A DNA stretch of 64,000 bases from Candidatus Moraniibacteriota bacterium (GCA_030648835.1 JAUSGT010000003.1:1307-65306), one strand, 5' to 3'. Shown: positions 45,429 through 56,243, numbered from the stretch's first letter. Notes: generated by a model from the letters alone, not told the origin. Numbers and translations are program-made.

Positions 45429-46514
45429 GTGCGTGTTTTTCGTAACTACTCGGCTTTTTCTATTGTTGCTTCGAGTGCCCTTCTCGTTTCGGCCAGCAAC
45501 CTTGCTCAGGGCAAGGATTCCAGCAGCTTACTCTTTGGCTATGTCAGTGGTGATACGGCAAGTGAGGTAACGCTTTCTTCCAAGCATCGTATCGCCGCTC
45601 AGACGAGCAAAAAAGAAAATCTCTCACTTGTGCCTCTGGCGAGCGGAGGGAATATCGTTGATCCGACTCAAAAAGACGAAACATCCCTTTTGGATATAGA
45701 GGGACTTCAGTCAGGGAGTCAAATAATACTTTCCTCACAGGCAAGCGCCATTACCAAAGACCCCGAGGAGGACGGTGGAGTGAAGATTTATACCGTAGAG
45801 CTGGGCGACACGGTGAGTGGAATCGCCGCCAAAAACAATATTACGGTTAACACCATTCTGTGGGCGAACGATATGGACAATGTGGATCAGATCAAACCGG
45901 GTGATCAGCTTTTTATCCTGCCGGTAGCCGGTCTCTCGTACGCCGTGAAGTCAGGTGACACCATCGATACCATCGCGGCAAAGTTCAAGGCGGAAAAAGA
46001 CAAAATTATCGCGTTCAATGAATTGCCCGCGACGGGAGAAATTCAGGCGGGTGATGTGATTATCATTCCGGATGGAAAGAAAGACGAAGTAGCGCGCCCC
46101 GTCAGTCCGGCTTCCGGTTTGGAGCGTCGTCAGTACGCGACTCCCTTCGGTGGGTCGGCTGCCGATATTTCCTCCGGTTTTCGTAAGCTCGATGGCAAAG
46201 CCGGTTCCGGACATCGATTTCCGTATGGCTATTGTACGTGGTATGTGGCTCAGAAACGCTATGTGCCATGGAGTGGCAATGCCGGTACGTGGCTCTATAA
46301 GGCCAAGGCGCTTGGGTACAGAACCGGGCGTACTCCGGCAGTCGGAGCTATTGTTGTGACAACGGAAAACCGTTACTATGGACATGTAGCCGTCGTGGAA
46401 AAAGTGAGTGGTGGTAATATCACGGTTAGTGAGATGAATTATGCCGGATGGGGCAAGACCGACCGACGAGTCCTCTCGGCATCCAGTCGGGTTATCAAAG
46501 GATTCATCTATTAA
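45429..46514 (+). CDS. Secreted peptidoglycan hydrolase: 2x LysM + C-terminal CHAP domain
   Basis: Two LysM repeats (YTVELGDTVSGIAAKNNITVNTILWAN; YAVKSGDTIDTIAAKFKAEKDKIIAFN) and CHAP domain (GYCTWYVAQKRY...GHVAVVEKVSGGNITVSEMNYAGWG); GTG start called. Confidence 0.7.
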   Translation: MRVFRNYSAFSIVASSALLVSASNLAQGKDSSSLLFGYVSGDTASEVTLSSKHRIAAQTSKKENLSLVPLASGGNIVDPTQKDETSLLDIEGLQSGSQIILSSQASAITKDPEEDGGVKIYTVELGDTVSGIAAKNNITVNTILWANDMDNVDQIKPGDQLFILPVAGLSYAVKSGDTIDTIAAKFKAEKDKIIAFNELPATGEIQAGDVIIIPDGKKDEVARPVSPASGLERRQYATPFGGSAADISSGFRKLDGKAGSGHRFPYGYCTWYVAQKRYVPWSGNAGTWLYKAKALGYRTGRTPAVGAIVVTTENRYYGHVAVVEKVSGGNITVSEMNYAGWGKTDRRVLSASSRVIKGFIY

Positions 46515-46686
46515 AAGTGATAAAGGACCTTCCTTCTGTAGCCCCGCTCGGCGGGCGTTCGCTTGATGGGCAATCACACAAGGTAGGGACTGAGTGATGA
46601 AGGAAAAAATATTTTTCTCATAATATAAACTGTGTTTCTCCTGCTATCGTGGAAGAAATACGGAAGCATTTTTTTGTCAGGCTCGC

Positions 46687-47751
46687 ATGAAAAAAGAATA
46701 TGACATCATTGGCGTGGGCAACCCGCTCCTCGATATTATTTTCGAGGTGGAGGAGGCTCTTCTCATTTCCCATAAACTGAAAAAGGGGGGCATGCATCTT
46801 GTCACGAGTGCCCAAAGCCAAAAAATCTTTGCCGGTTTGAAAAAGTATAAGAAAACTTTTGCTCCCGGCGGAAGCGCGGCAAATACCCTCTCTGGCGTAG
46901 GAGTGCTTGGCGGTAAAGGATTGTTTTTGGGGAGTATCGGGCGAGATAAACATGGCGATGCCTATCTGCAAGCCCTCTCCACAAGTGGTGTCAAGACAAA
47001 GCTTGCCCGGCATGCCAAAGAAAAAACCGGATCGGCAATCACGTTGATCACTCCGGGCGGCGAGAGAACATTTGTCACCTGTCTGGGTGCGGCTTCGTGT
47101 TTACGAGAGGAACATATTGCGGAGAAGGATATCCAAAAAAGTAAAATCCTCCACATCGAAGGTTACTTGTTGGAAGAGAAGAATACCCGTCGAGCGGTTC
47201 TTCGGGCGATGAACTTTGCCAGAAAACATGCTACACTGGTTTCTATTGATCTTTCCGACGCAGGAATTATAATGAGGAAGAAAGTTCTCATCAGAAATCT
47301 CATCAGGAAATACGCGGATATCGTTTTTGTCAACGAGGACGAGGCGTTCGCCTTTACCGGGGAAAAAGAACGCGCGGCTTTGGAAGTGATAGGTGATTTA
47401 TGCGATATAGCCGTGGTGAAGTTGGGAGCGCGCGGCAGTCTTATCAAGTCGCAGGGTCAGGTATACATGGTTGACCCTTACCGTGTGGTGGTAATGAATA
47501 CCAATGGCGCGGGTGATATGTACGCGGCGGGCTTTCTCCACGGATTGGCAGGTGGGCATGAGATCCCTCTGGCGGGCCAAGTAGCCAGCTGTGTCGCCGC
47601 GCTGGTAGTCTCCAGTCCGGGCGCCAGAATCCATACCCGACATCACAAAAAACTCAAGAATGTTCTGAAACTGTATTCTCAAAAAAAGAAAAAAAAGTTA
47701 CGCCCGGTAGTAGAATTTCGACCGACAAAAATTTTGAAAACATCTAAATAA
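46687..47751 (+). CDS. PfkB-family carbohydrate/nucleoside kinase (probable adenosine kinase)
   Basis: [11 protein letters not shown]-terminal motif, GGSAANT, C-terminal [17 protein letters not shown] (PfkB DTxGAGD motif); adjacent to ahcY. Confidence 0.65.
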   Translation: MKKEYDIIGVGNPLLDIIFEVEEALLISHKLKKGGMHLVTSAQSQKIFAGLKKYKKTFAPGGSAANTLSGVGVLGGKGLFLGSIGRDKHGDAYLQALSTSGVKTKLARHAKEKTGSAITLITPGGERTFVTCLGAASCLREEHIAEKDIQKSKILHIEGYLLEEKNTRRAVLRAMNFARKHATLVSIDLSDAGIIMRKKVLIRNLIRKYADIVFVNEDEAFAFTGEKERAALEVIGDLCDIAVVKLGARGSLIKSQGQVYMVDPYRVVVMNTNGAGDMYAAGFLHGLAGGHEIPLAGQVASCVAALVVSSPGARIHTRHHKKLKNVLKLYSQKKKKKLRPVVEFRPTKILKTSK

Positions 47752-47827
47752 GTATTATCTAAACATTTTTACCGAGACTTTCATATTGTGCACAGATAAA
47801 TGCATTGTCGAAGTTTCACTACTGGGT

Positions 47828-49240
47828 ATGAACGAAACACAAAATTATAAAGTGCGAGATATTGCCTTGCATGCCTTTGGCCGGAAGGAAATCGAGATGG
47901 CTGAAGAAGAAATGCCCGGGCTTTTGGCGTTGCGTAAAAAATATCAGGGGGAAAAACCGTTTGCGGGCGCGCGCATCGCCGGCAGTCTGCATATGACCAT
48001 CCAAACGGCGGTGCTTATCGAAACGCTTGTGGCGCTGGGAGCGACCGTTCGCTGGGCCTCCTGCAATATTTATTCGACGCAAGACCATGCCGCGTCCGCC
48101 ATCGCGGAAACGGGGACGCCCGTATTCGCGTGGAAAGAGGAAACGCTCGAGGAATATTGGTGGTGCACGGCGAAAATATTTGATTTTGGTGCTGATCAGG
48201 GCCCGCTTCTTATTGTCGATGACGGTGGAGACGCGACGCTTATGCTTCACAAGGGAGTGGAATGTGAAAAAAATACGGCGCTTTTGGAGAAGGACTATGC
48301 ACAGGCTTCGGAAGACGAACGTGAGTTGATGAAACGGTTGCGAACAATATATGAAATAGATAAACAGTTCTGGACAAAAAGAATCACAGCGGTTCGTGGT
48401 GTATCGGAAGAAACCACGACCGGCGTTCATCGTTTGTATCAAATGTTGGCCGAGAAGAAACTTTTGTTTCCGGCTATCAATGTGAATGACTCGGTAACCA
48501 AAAGCAAATTTGACAATCTGTACGGGTGTCGGGAGAGTCTGGTGGACGGAATCAAGCGCGGTACTGATGTCATGGTGGCGGGGAAAAGAGTGGTGGTGTG
48601 TGGCTACGGTGATGTGGGGAAAGGCTGCGCCCAAAGTATGCGCGGGTTTGGGGCGCGCGTGATCGTGACGGAAATTGATCCCGTGTGTGCCCTGCAGGCT
48701 GCCATGGAAGGGTATGAAGTGCGCACGGTGGAAGAGGTGATAAGCCAAGCGGATATTTTTGTGACGGCGACGGGCAATCAAGACGTTATCCGCGTGGAAC
48801 ATATGGAAAAAATGAAACATGACGCCATCGTCTGCAATATTGGACATTTTGATAACGAGATCCAAGTGGAAAAACTGGAACACTATCCGGGTATCCAAGA
48901 AATCGCGATCAAACCTCAGGTGGACAAATTTATTTTCCCCGATGGGCATGCCATTATTTTGCTTTCCCGTGGACGACTGGTAAACCTCGGTAATGCGACA
49001 GGCCATCCGAGCTTCGTCATGAGCACATCGTTTGCCAATCAGGTACTGGCCCAGATAGAGTTGTGGACAAAGCCGTATGCTATCGGGGTGTATACGTTGC
49101 CGAAGAGTCTTGATGAAGAAGTGGCGCGCCTCCATTTGTCCAAGCTGGGGGTTTCTCTCACTGAGCTGACTCCGGAGCAGGCAAAGTATATTGGTGTCCC
49201 GAAGAGCGGTCCTTACAAGGGAGAACACTATCGGTACTAG
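47828..49240 (+). CDS. ahcY: Adenosylhomocysteinase
   Basis: [29 protein letters not shown]-binding [31 protein letters not shown]-terminal [13 protein letters not shown]. Confidence 0.9.
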   Translation: MNETQNYKVRDIALHAFGRKEIEMAEEEMPGLLALRKKYQGEKPFAGARIAGSLHMTIQTAVLIETLVALGATVRWASCNIYSTQDHAASAIAETGTPVFAWKEETLEEYWWCTAKIFDFGADQGPLLIVDDGGDATLMLHKGVECEKNTALLEKDYAQASEDERELMKRLRTIYEIDKQFWTKRITAVRGVSEETTTGVHRLYQMLAEKKLLFPAINVNDSVTKSKFDNLYGCRESLVDGIKRGTDVMVAGKRVVVCGYGDVGKGCAQSMRGFGARVIVTEIDPVCALQAAMEGYEVRTVEEVISQADIFVTATGNQDVIRVEHMEKMKHDAIVCNIGHFDNEIQVEKLEHYPGIQEIAIKPQVDKFIFPDGHAIILLSRGRLVNLGNATGHPSFVMSTSFANQVLAQIELWTKPYAIGVYTLPKSLDEEVARLHLSKLGVSLTELTPEQAKYIGVPKSGPYKGEHYRY

Positions 49241-49364
49241 CCCCGCACTAACTTTGCTTTGTATTCACGAATAATCCCTGTTGTTTAAAGTTTGTGTTGT
49301 GTAAACTATATTTACTTTTTTTATCATAAATTGTTAGGAAAAATGAAGCAAAGTTAGTGCGGGG
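49241..49364. repeat. 19-bp perfect inverted repeat (CCCCGCACTAACTTTGCTT / AAGCAAAGTTAGTGCGGGG) flanking 86 nt of AT-rich DNA
   Basis: Left arm 49241-49259, right arm 49346-49364; directly abuts ahcY stop and the -35 of the metK promoter. Confidence 0.7.
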
Positions 49365-49399
49365 TTGACGGAAAAAATCGCCCTTGCTATAGTAGACCT

Positions 49400-49546
49400 A
49401 CAATTGAAAAAGTATCCAGAGTGAGGCGAGAGAATTGGCTCGTAGACCCTCCGGCAACCATTGATTAAAGGGTGCCACATCCAACCCGCAAGGGAAAGAT
49501 AGTTTCGTCGACATCTTTTCCCCTGTATGGGGATTTTATTTTTTAA
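49400..49546 (+). promoter_or_regulatory. SAM-I (S-box) riboswitch with intrinsic terminator, upstream of metK
   Basis: Aligns to S-box consensus: ATCCAGAGTGAGGCGAGAGAATTGGCTCGTAGACCCTCCGGCAACC...GGGTGCCACATCCAACCCGCAAGGG (cf. ATCAAGAGAGGTGGAGGGACTGGCCCGATGAAACCCGGCAACC...GGTGCCAATTCC); terminator CCCCTGTATGGGG + TTTTATTTTTT at 49520-49546; promoter TTGACG-17-TATAGT at 49365-49393. Confidence 0.6.
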
Positions 49547-49558
49547 GAAAAAAAGAGT

Positions 49559-50494
49559 ATGAAGACCGCGGAGTTCGTCACGCCAAAGCACCCGGATAAG
49601 ATGTGCGATCACATCGCGGATAGTATTTTGGACGCGCATTTGAAAGGAGATAAGAATAGCCGCTGTGCCGTGGAAGTGATGGGCGGTCACAACCTCGTGA
49701 CCATCAATGGCGAAGTGACGAGCCTTGCTACACCCGACATTGAGGCCATTGTCAAAGGGATTGTCGGCGCTGATTTCCGCGTCATCATAAACTTTGTGAA
49801 ACAGAGTCCGCAAATCGCTCAGGGAGTGAACACGGGCGGAGCGGGGGATCAGGGTATTATGAACGGCTATGCGACGAATGAGACTCCGAATTATATGCCG
49901 CGAGAATACGAATTGGCGCGCACGCTGTGCATGAAAATTTTTGAAAAGTATCCCTCTGACGGCAAGACGCAGGTGACCATTGATGGTGAGCGGGTAAAAT
50001 GCGTGGTGGCGAGCTTTCAAAACAGCAAAAACGCCGATCTTCTCCCCTTGGTAAAAAGCTTCATCGAGGCCGATGAGTATCTCATCAATCCGGCGGGCGA
50101 GTGGCAGCAGGGCGGTTTTGACGCCGATACCGGGGTTTCCGGTCGCAAACTGATTGTCGATAACTACGGGCCGGAAGTGACCATTGGCGGCGGTTCGTTT
50201 TCCGGCAAGGACTATACCAAAGTCGATCGTTCGGCCGCTTATATGGCGAGAAAAATCGCGGTGGATTATCTACGGAAAGAGAATGCCAAAGAAGTTTCGG
50301 CCAAAATTGCTTACGCTATCGGCAAGGCAGAACCGGTGATGGCGCGCGTCGTCGTGGATGGGAAAGAAATGGAGATCGAGGGGTATGATCTCTCTCCCAA
50401 GGGGATTCGCGAGTTTCTCAAGCTTGACAGTGTCACCTACACCGCTACTTCCGACTGGGGCCACTTCGGCAGAAACTTTTCGTGGGACAAATAA
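49559..50494 (+). CDS. metK: S-adenosylmethionine synthetase (compact 311-aa form)
   Basis: HPDKMCDHIADSILDAHL, GGAGDQGIMNGYATNETPNYMP, GGGSFSGKDYTKVDRSAAYMARKIA, WGHFGR all match MetK signatures. Confidence 0.85.
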   Translation: MKTAEFVTPKHPDKMCDHIADSILDAHLKGDKNSRCAVEVMGGHNLVTINGEVTSLATPDIEAIVKGIVGADFRVIINFVKQSPQIAQGVNTGGAGDQGIMNGYATNETPNYMPREYELARTLCMKIFEKYPSDGKTQVTIDGERVKCVVASFQNSKNADLLPLVKSFIEADEYLINPAGEWQQGGFDADTGVSGRKLIVDNYGPEVTIGGGSFSGKDYTKVDRSAAYMARKIAVDYLRKENAKEVSAKIAYAIGKAEPVMARVVVDGKEMEIEGYDLSPKGIREFLKLDSVTYTATSDWGHFGRNFSWDK

Positions 50495-50793
50495 GACTCA
50501 TTTTTTGACGGAGGAGGGAAAAGATTTTCTCTCCTCGATCAAGCTTTGGAAATCCTTCTTTAGCGAAATTTTACAGGGTGAATTTGCCCAATTTTTTCTG
50601 GGAAGCTGGTTTAAGAAAATAGTGTAAGCCGATAGGCGGATACGCCACAAATGAGCGTAGAAACCGCTGGCGTTTTGATGTTGTACGGGGTATACTATCA
50701 TCAGATAATCCCTTCTCTTCGAATGTCCGGGAGCAGTATGTTTTTCACGGATAAAAAAAAGAAAAAAACTTTGGTGTTATTTTCATAAAAACT

Positions 50794-53295
50794 ATGATTT
50801 TTTTGGGTGGAAATAAAAAGAAAAATGTTCTTAGGTTAAAGATGGTTTCTTTCTTGGTGCCTGTATTGCTTCTTTTTGGGAAAGTTAAAACTGCTCATGC
50901 TGTTGTTCCTCTTGTTGGATATGGGCTTTGGGCTGCGGGCGGTGCTGTAGCAGCATACTTTGGATCGGAGGCCGCAGGTAATATTGTTGTGTATGCATTC
51001 AAGTGGCTTCTTTATGGTATTTTTACCATGTTTGGGTGGCTGGCATCTTTAGCTATTTCTATTTTTGAGTGGGCAATAGACCCCAATGACGTTATTCTCC
51101 TTTTCAACAATCCTGGAGTGTATGAATCGTGGAAATTTGTGCGCGACTTCTTCAATCTATTTTTCATTCTCATTTTGCTTTATATCGCCTTTACGGTGGT
51201 GTTCCAGATTAATAAAGATTTCAAGAAGACCATATTGAGTCTGGTACTGGCGGCTCTCTACATCAATTTCAGTTTTCCCGTTTCGCGCGCGCTTATCGAT
51301 ATGACCAATGTGCCGATGTACTTCTTTGCCAATCAGATGATGGCGAGAAGTGCAGCACAGGGGACGGGAATTTTGGGTGGGGTGATGACCGCCTCACACA
51401 TAGCGGGGATACTTATTCCCGGAGCTGAAAAGGGAGGAGACTTTGAAACTAGTGAAGTAAGTGTTTCGCGCCTTTTGATGGCAATCGTGTTTATGTTCAT
51501 TTTTTCTATTACTTTACTCGTTTTGTCTATCATGTTCGTCATCCGGTTGGTAGCTTTGGTTATTCTTGTTATATTTTCTTCGGTAGGATTTGCGGCATCC
51601 ATCATTCCGGGAATGAGCAGTTATTCCAAGCAGTGGTGGGATAATTTTTGGAAATACGCACTCTTTGGTCCGGCGGCGATGCTGATGATTCTTGTTGCCA
51701 CGCGTTTTTTTGCCTCAATGGGTAATGATAGTGGGGCGCTTATGCAGAGTATGAAAGCTGTTACAGTAAATAATGTTGTGGCTTCAGAACAAACTTTTTT
51801 CGCATCCATGGCGTTGTTCACAATTCCGATTATTATGCTCTGGTTCGCGATGGGGTTGGCGCAGAAGATGTCCATCGCCGGCGCCTCCACAGTCGTCGGT
51901 CTCGGGCAGAAAGTAGCCAAGTGGGTAGGAAAACAAGCCACTCTTACGCCAGCAGCATTTCTCGGGCGTAAATATGAGAAGTTTATGACTACTCGGAAAG
52001 GTAAGGTTGGGGCAGTAACAAAGTGGCTTGCTCCCACGGCTGCTTATAAAGGTTGGGAAAAATGGCGAGAGCGATCGCACGAATTGGATCACAAGCCGGT
52101 AGAACAGGCGGGGGCGAAAATCAGTGACGAAATGGCAGTCGCTTATTCTACAACGCTTGGGCGGCTTCCTATCATCGGCTCGAAGGATCATACGGACCAT
52201 GCTTTCAAGAACTTTTCAGCCAATGCTGCCAAAGAACGGAAAGAAATTTCCGATATTTCTACCAACTCGGATTATGTCATCCATGAGCTTATCAATGCCA
52301 TCAAGGCTGAAGACGATGACAAGGTAGTGGGAGCTTTGCAGATTTTGGCTTCCAACAATGATTTGAACGATATGATGCACGTGATGGAGAGGATTCAAGA
52401 TGAAACCGGCGTCAATCTCGGTAAAGTGACAGAGGAAAATCCTACAGGAAGGGCCAGCAGCGAAATGAGCAGCGAAAATGCCAAGGAAGTTTTGAAAAAT
52501 ATGATGAAACATGCTGGGCTGAATGATGAAATGGCCGCTAAGAATATGCTCAATATTTCCAATACTGCCATTGCGGCCGGCAATGTCGGTATGGCCGGTT
52601 CTGCCAAATTGGGTGACGATGGTAAATTCAGAATTACTACCGATGAAGAGCAGGCTCAAATTGCTGCCGCTAAACTTCAGAATCTGGAAACTCAGGCTCG
52701 TCAGCGGACGCTCCATCACAACGCGATTTTCAAAGAAAAGGGGAAGTTCAATAAAGTAAAGGATGCCAGTGGCAATCTTGTCGATGAGGAAGTCGAAATG
52801 ATGGGCGAAGATGGCAAACCGAAAAAGGTCAGAGTTGCCCATTATGGCGGTATTAATGATCTGGCTGGCGAAGCGGTGTTGGGGACCATTACGGCAGCCG
52901 ACCTTCGTGAATCGCACCGTTCCCGTGATGATTTGAAGCGTGAAATTGCTATTCGTATGGAAGTTATCCGTGAGGGGAGTGGTGGAAAGGACTTAGAAGG
53001 CAATATAGTACCGCCCGAAGAAGTTGAGAAACTGAAAAAAGAGATGGAAGATGCTATGGAAAAAAATCCGAACCTTAAACATTATTTTAAGTTATTGTAT
53101 GCATATCAGACGGGTGTTCACTATGATAGTCAAAGTCCTGCAGATAAAGATGGAAAGGAAATAAAACCAAAGGAAGGACAAGAAGCCAAGGCGGCTCCGG
53201 CAGCTGCACCAGCGGAAACTCCGGCTGAAAAGCATGCAAGAGACAAGGCAGAAGCTAAGGCAAAAGCGGATGCACGTAATAATAGAGGACGTTAG
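50794..53295 (+). CDS. Putative VirB6/TrbL-like type IV secretion membrane protein with long hydrophilic C-terminal extension
   Basis: N-terminal ~380 aa with 6-7 TM helices, then ~450 aa charged/coiled region ending in Ala/Pro/Lys-rich tail; neighbours VirB4 and PrgI-like genes. Confidence 0.35.
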   Translation: MIFLGGNKKKNVLRLKMVSFLVPVLLLFGKVKTAHAVVPLVGYGLWAAGGAVAAYFGSEAAGNIVVYAFKWLLYGIFTMFGWLASLAISIFEWAIDPNDVILLFNNPGVYESWKFVRDFFNLFFILILLYIAFTVVFQINKDFKKTILSLVLAALYINFSFPVSRALIDMTNVPMYFFANQMMARSAAQGTGILGGVMTASHIAGILIPGAEKGGDFETSEVSVSRLLMAIVFMFIFSITLLVLSIMFVIRLVALVILVIFSSVGFAASIIPGMSSYSKQWWDNFWKYALFGPAAMLMILVATRFFASMGNDSGALMQSMKAVTVNNVVASEQTFFASMALFTIPIIMLWFAMGLAQKMSIAGASTVVGLGQKVAKWVGKQATLTPAAFLGRKYEKFMTTRKGKVGAVTKWLAPTAAYKGWEKWRERSHELDHKPVEQAGAKISDEMAVAYSTTLGRLPIIGSKDHTDHAFKNFSANAAKERKEISDISTNSDYVIHELINAIKAEDDDKVVGALQILASNNDLNDMMHVMERIQDETGVNLGKVTEENPTGRASSEMSSENAKEVLKNMMKHAGLNDEMAAKNMLNISNTAIAAGNVGMAGSAKLGDDGKFRITTDEEQAQIAAAKLQNLETQARQRTLHHNAIFKEKGKFNKVKDASGNLVDEEVEMMGEDGKPKKVRVAHYGGINDLAGEAVLGTITAADLRESHRSRDDLKREIAIRMEVIREGSGGKDLEGNIVPPEEVEKLKKEMEDAMEKNPNLKHYFKLLYAYQTGVHYDSQSPADKDGKEIKPKEGQEAKAAPAAAPAETPAEKHARDKAEAKAKADARNNRGR

Positions 53296-53316
53296 TTTTA
53301 CGGTTTAGTATAAAGT

Positions 53317-54969
53317 ATGGAACTCCAAAACAAGCAACAACAATACGAAGATATCTACGCACGGGCGTTGGACGCGATCGAGCACTGGGATGCTGTGTTG
53401 GCTTGGAATATTTATTGTGAGTTGGAGAAGTTTCTCGGGGGGTTGCCAATGGAGCAAAAACAAGAGCCCGAGCTTGCCAAAGAAATCGTAATTCTCAAGC
53501 GCAGTCTGCTTGCGGTGGGTTTCCCCGCGTTGCCGAGGGAGGGCGCGGTGAGGCTTTTTCGTGAGCACATCCTGGATTTTTTTCGGGTGGATGTGGATTT
53601 TAAAGAACGGCTTTTGACACGCTATACCTTTGTTGGTTATGGAGAAAAAGAGGATGAGCAAAAACGTTTACAAGAAGCGCTGCTCCAAAATCAAGAACGT
53701 CTTGGGCAGTTTACTTTGGGTGAGTGGGTGAAACTTTTTGAGCGGCACTTTAAATTAGAAACGCGCGACAAACAGGCAGTGACGACTTTCTTGACACAAA
53801 CTGGTGAGGTGGCATCACTGACGAAGTCAGAACAATCAATTTTACGCCAGATTCTTTCTGTTTATGACCAATATATAGCGCACGTGGCTTTGGATGAATT
53901 TGATATGGCTGTGATAGGGGCTAGTGTAAATCAGGAACAGGCTTCCCGTCATGCTACCAGTCGAGGAACTTCGTCACCCAGTAGGGCAGATCAAAAAGCA
54001 GCAGTTTCTCTTCCGCTTCTGCAAGCGTTATCGAAGTATGAGCGGCTCGGGGAGCAGTTGATTACTCGGGGACGCATCAAAGTGGGGTCACAAACGGAGC
54101 CGGTGCGACCGTCGCTTCTTTACTGGCTCAAATATTACCGTGATGAACTGGGTATCGGACAGCACTCGAGTGTGGAGCGTGGGAATTTCTTATTCCGTTC
54201 CGAAAACGGCAAGAATCTTTCTGCCGAAGAGCGCGAACGAATCAATATCATCTTGAAATCGGTAGAAGAGAATTTTCCGCTCTCGATTGATCCCAAGAAC
54301 CAAGAAATTATCTTCCCCACCAGCAACGCTTTCAGCATAACTGCAGCGAGTAGGCCCGCTTCGACAACGCCCCTGGTCTCGCGAGGCGAAAATTCAGGCG
54401 GGAGAAGTAGCCCTGTCTTCAATGTTTCGCCTGTTCGTGGTAGCTATCCCAACAGTGTTGCCGGTGTGCCCGCTTTTGTTTCGGCACCTGTATTCAAAAG
54501 TGCTCAAACATCGGTTTCTCTGCCTCTTCCAAAAGTCGCGACTATCGGCACCCCGGCATTCTTTGTCCCCAAGCCCGAAGAAAGTGAAATTCGTGAGAAA
54601 AAACCGCCAACCGCGAGTCCTATCAGCTTTTTTGACCCACATGAAGGGGATGGGAAAGCCAAGGAAGCCATTATTCCGCCTGTGCAAACCAAAAGTGTTA
54701 GTTTTTCCACGAGTCATATCTTTCCGGCAGAAAAAGAAGCGGCTGAGGTACGCTCCCGTATGAGTGAGACTTCAATGAAGCAAGTGGTTGTCCCAGAGAA
54801 AGAGACACCGCCTCTACCTCCTCAGCCCGCTCTGCCTTTGGCTTCCCAGGATGAGCCTGTTGTTGCCCCTACGTCCCAATCGGCTCCAAATTTTTCACAG
54901 CCGAACCCTATACCAAAAAAGTTAAACTCATTCCGTATTCGCCCGGTCAGTCTTGGCGGAAGGGATTAG
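53317..54969 (+). CDS. Hypothetical protein (T4SS-cluster associated), Pro/Ser-rich C-terminus
   Basis: 550 aa, no TM, no recognised domain. Confidence 0.35.
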   Translation: MELQNKQQQYEDIYARALDAIEHWDAVLAWNIYCELEKFLGGLPMEQKQEPELAKEIVILKRSLLAVGFPALPREGAVRLFREHILDFFRVDVDFKERLLTRYTFVGYGEKEDEQKRLQEALLQNQERLGQFTLGEWVKLFERHFKLETRDKQAVTTFLTQTGEVASLTKSEQSILRQILSVYDQYIAHVALDEFDMAVIGASVNQEQASRHATSRGTSSPSRADQKAAVSLPLLQALSKYERLGEQLITRGRIKVGSQTEPVRPSLLYWLKYYRDELGIGQHSSVERGNFLFRSENGKNLSAEERERINIILKSVEENFPLSIDPKNQEIIFPTSNAFSITAASRPASTTPLVSRGENSGGRSSPVFNVSPVRGSYPNSVAGVPAFVSAPVFKSAQTSVSLPLPKVATIGTPAFFVPKPEESEIREKKPPTASPISFFDPHEGDGKAKEAIIPPVQTKSVSFSTSHIFPAEKEAAEVRSRMSETSMKQVVVPEKETPPLPPQPALPLASQDEPVVAPTSQSAPNFSQPNPIPKKLNSFRIRPVSLGGRD

Positions 54970-55089
54970 TCGCAAATGGAATTATGAATAGGGAATCGAG
55001 AATCACGAAAAAAGAAGAGAGCATGTTATAATAAGCAGGTATTGAATACATAATTCTCAATTCTTGATTCATGATTCCTCTTCAAAACT

Positions 55090-55497
55090 ATGATGTTCAG
55101 TGTTCCGCAATTTATCGATGTTGAAGACAAGATAGCCGGGCCGCTCACCTGGAAACAACTCCTTTGGATGATTGGTATGGGAGCAGTACTCCTGGTTTCT
55201 TTCAATGCTTTTGATACCTCGTTGTTTTTCATCATAGCTGTCCCGACGGTTCTTATCTTCACGGCCTTGGCTTTCTACCGCCCCAACGGGTTCCCTCTGA
55301 CGACATTTATCTTTTATGCCATTCTTTTTCTTTTCCGCCCGAAAGTGTCCGTCTGGGAACGCCCGCTGGAAAAACAATCGCTAGCCAAAGCACCGGTGGA
55401 GAAAACAGACGCGGCGGATACGCATGCCAAACATATCAATCAGGAAAAACTTACCGAATTGGCGCACATTTTGGATAGTCAAGGTGGGGGAAAGTAG
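55090..55497 (+). CDS. PrgI/VirB3-like small membrane protein
   Basis: 135 aa; FIDVEDKIAGPLTWKQLLWMIGMGAVLLVSF followed by second TM; architecture typical of PrgI family proteins encoded next to VirB4. Confidence 0.45.
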   Translation: MMFSVPQFIDVEDKIAGPLTWKQLLWMIGMGAVLLVSFNAFDTSLFFIIAVPTVLIFTALAFYRPNGFPLTTFIFYAILFLFRPKVSVWERPLEKQSLAKAPVEKTDAADTHAKHINQEKLTELAHILDSQGGGK

Positions 55498-55553
55498 AAT
55501 CAAGAGTCAAGAATTAAGAACCACAAAAAAGAAAGAAAATAAACAACAAAACA

Positions 55554-56243
55554 ATGGAGCTTTTGAAGCCGAAAAATAAAGGAGGGAGTACGTCCGGCAC
55601 GCAGAAATATGTGGAAGTGGATGAGATCCGCGATGGTGTTATCGTGCTCAAAAGTGGGGCTCTCCGCGCTGTCGTGCTTGTTTCATCACTCAACTTCGAC
55701 CTCAAATCAACGGAAGAACAGGATGCCATTATCAATCAGTACCAACAGTTCTTGAACTCGCTCGACTTTCCTGTCCAGATCGTTATTAGCTCTCGCCGTT
55801 TCAATATTGAACCATACCTCGATCTTCTCGAGAAAGAGGTAAAACAGCAAGAGAACGAACTTTTGCGTTTCCAGATTTCCGAATATAAGTCTTTCATCAA
55901 AAACCTGACGGAAGTGTCGAATATTATGTCGAAGTATTTTTATGTTGTCGTGCCTTTTTCTTCCTCGGAGGATGAGCAGGGTGGTTTTATTGACAAGATT
56001 CTCGGCACTTTTCGTTCCAAGCAGTCTGTTGGCGCGCATGGCGTTCTCTTCGAAACGTACAAAGCTCAACTTTTTCAGCGCGTCAATCATATCGCGACAG
56101 CTCTCGGGGCGGCGGGCGTCAACGCGGTACCGCTCGGTACGGAAGAAATTATCGAACTGCTTTACAACAGTTACAATCCATCACTCTACACGGCGGCGGT
56201 TATAAAAAATGTTGAGGATATCGAGCTTGGACCAAGCAAATGA
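55554..56243 (+). CDS. Hypothetical T4SS-associated protein
   Basis: 229 aa soluble protein immediately upstream of VirB4 ATPase gene. Confidence 0.35.
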   Translation: MELLKPKNKGGSTSGTQKYVEVDEIRDGVIVLKSGALRAVVLVSSLNFDLKSTEEQDAIINQYQQFLNSLDFPVQIVISSRRFNIEPYLDLLEKEVKQQENELLRFQISEYKSFIKNLTEVSNIMSKYFYVVVPFSSSEDEQGGFIDKILGTFRSKQSVGAHGVLFETYKAQLFQRVNHIATALGAAGVNAVPLGTEEIIELLYNSYNPSLYTAAVIKNVEDIELGPSK

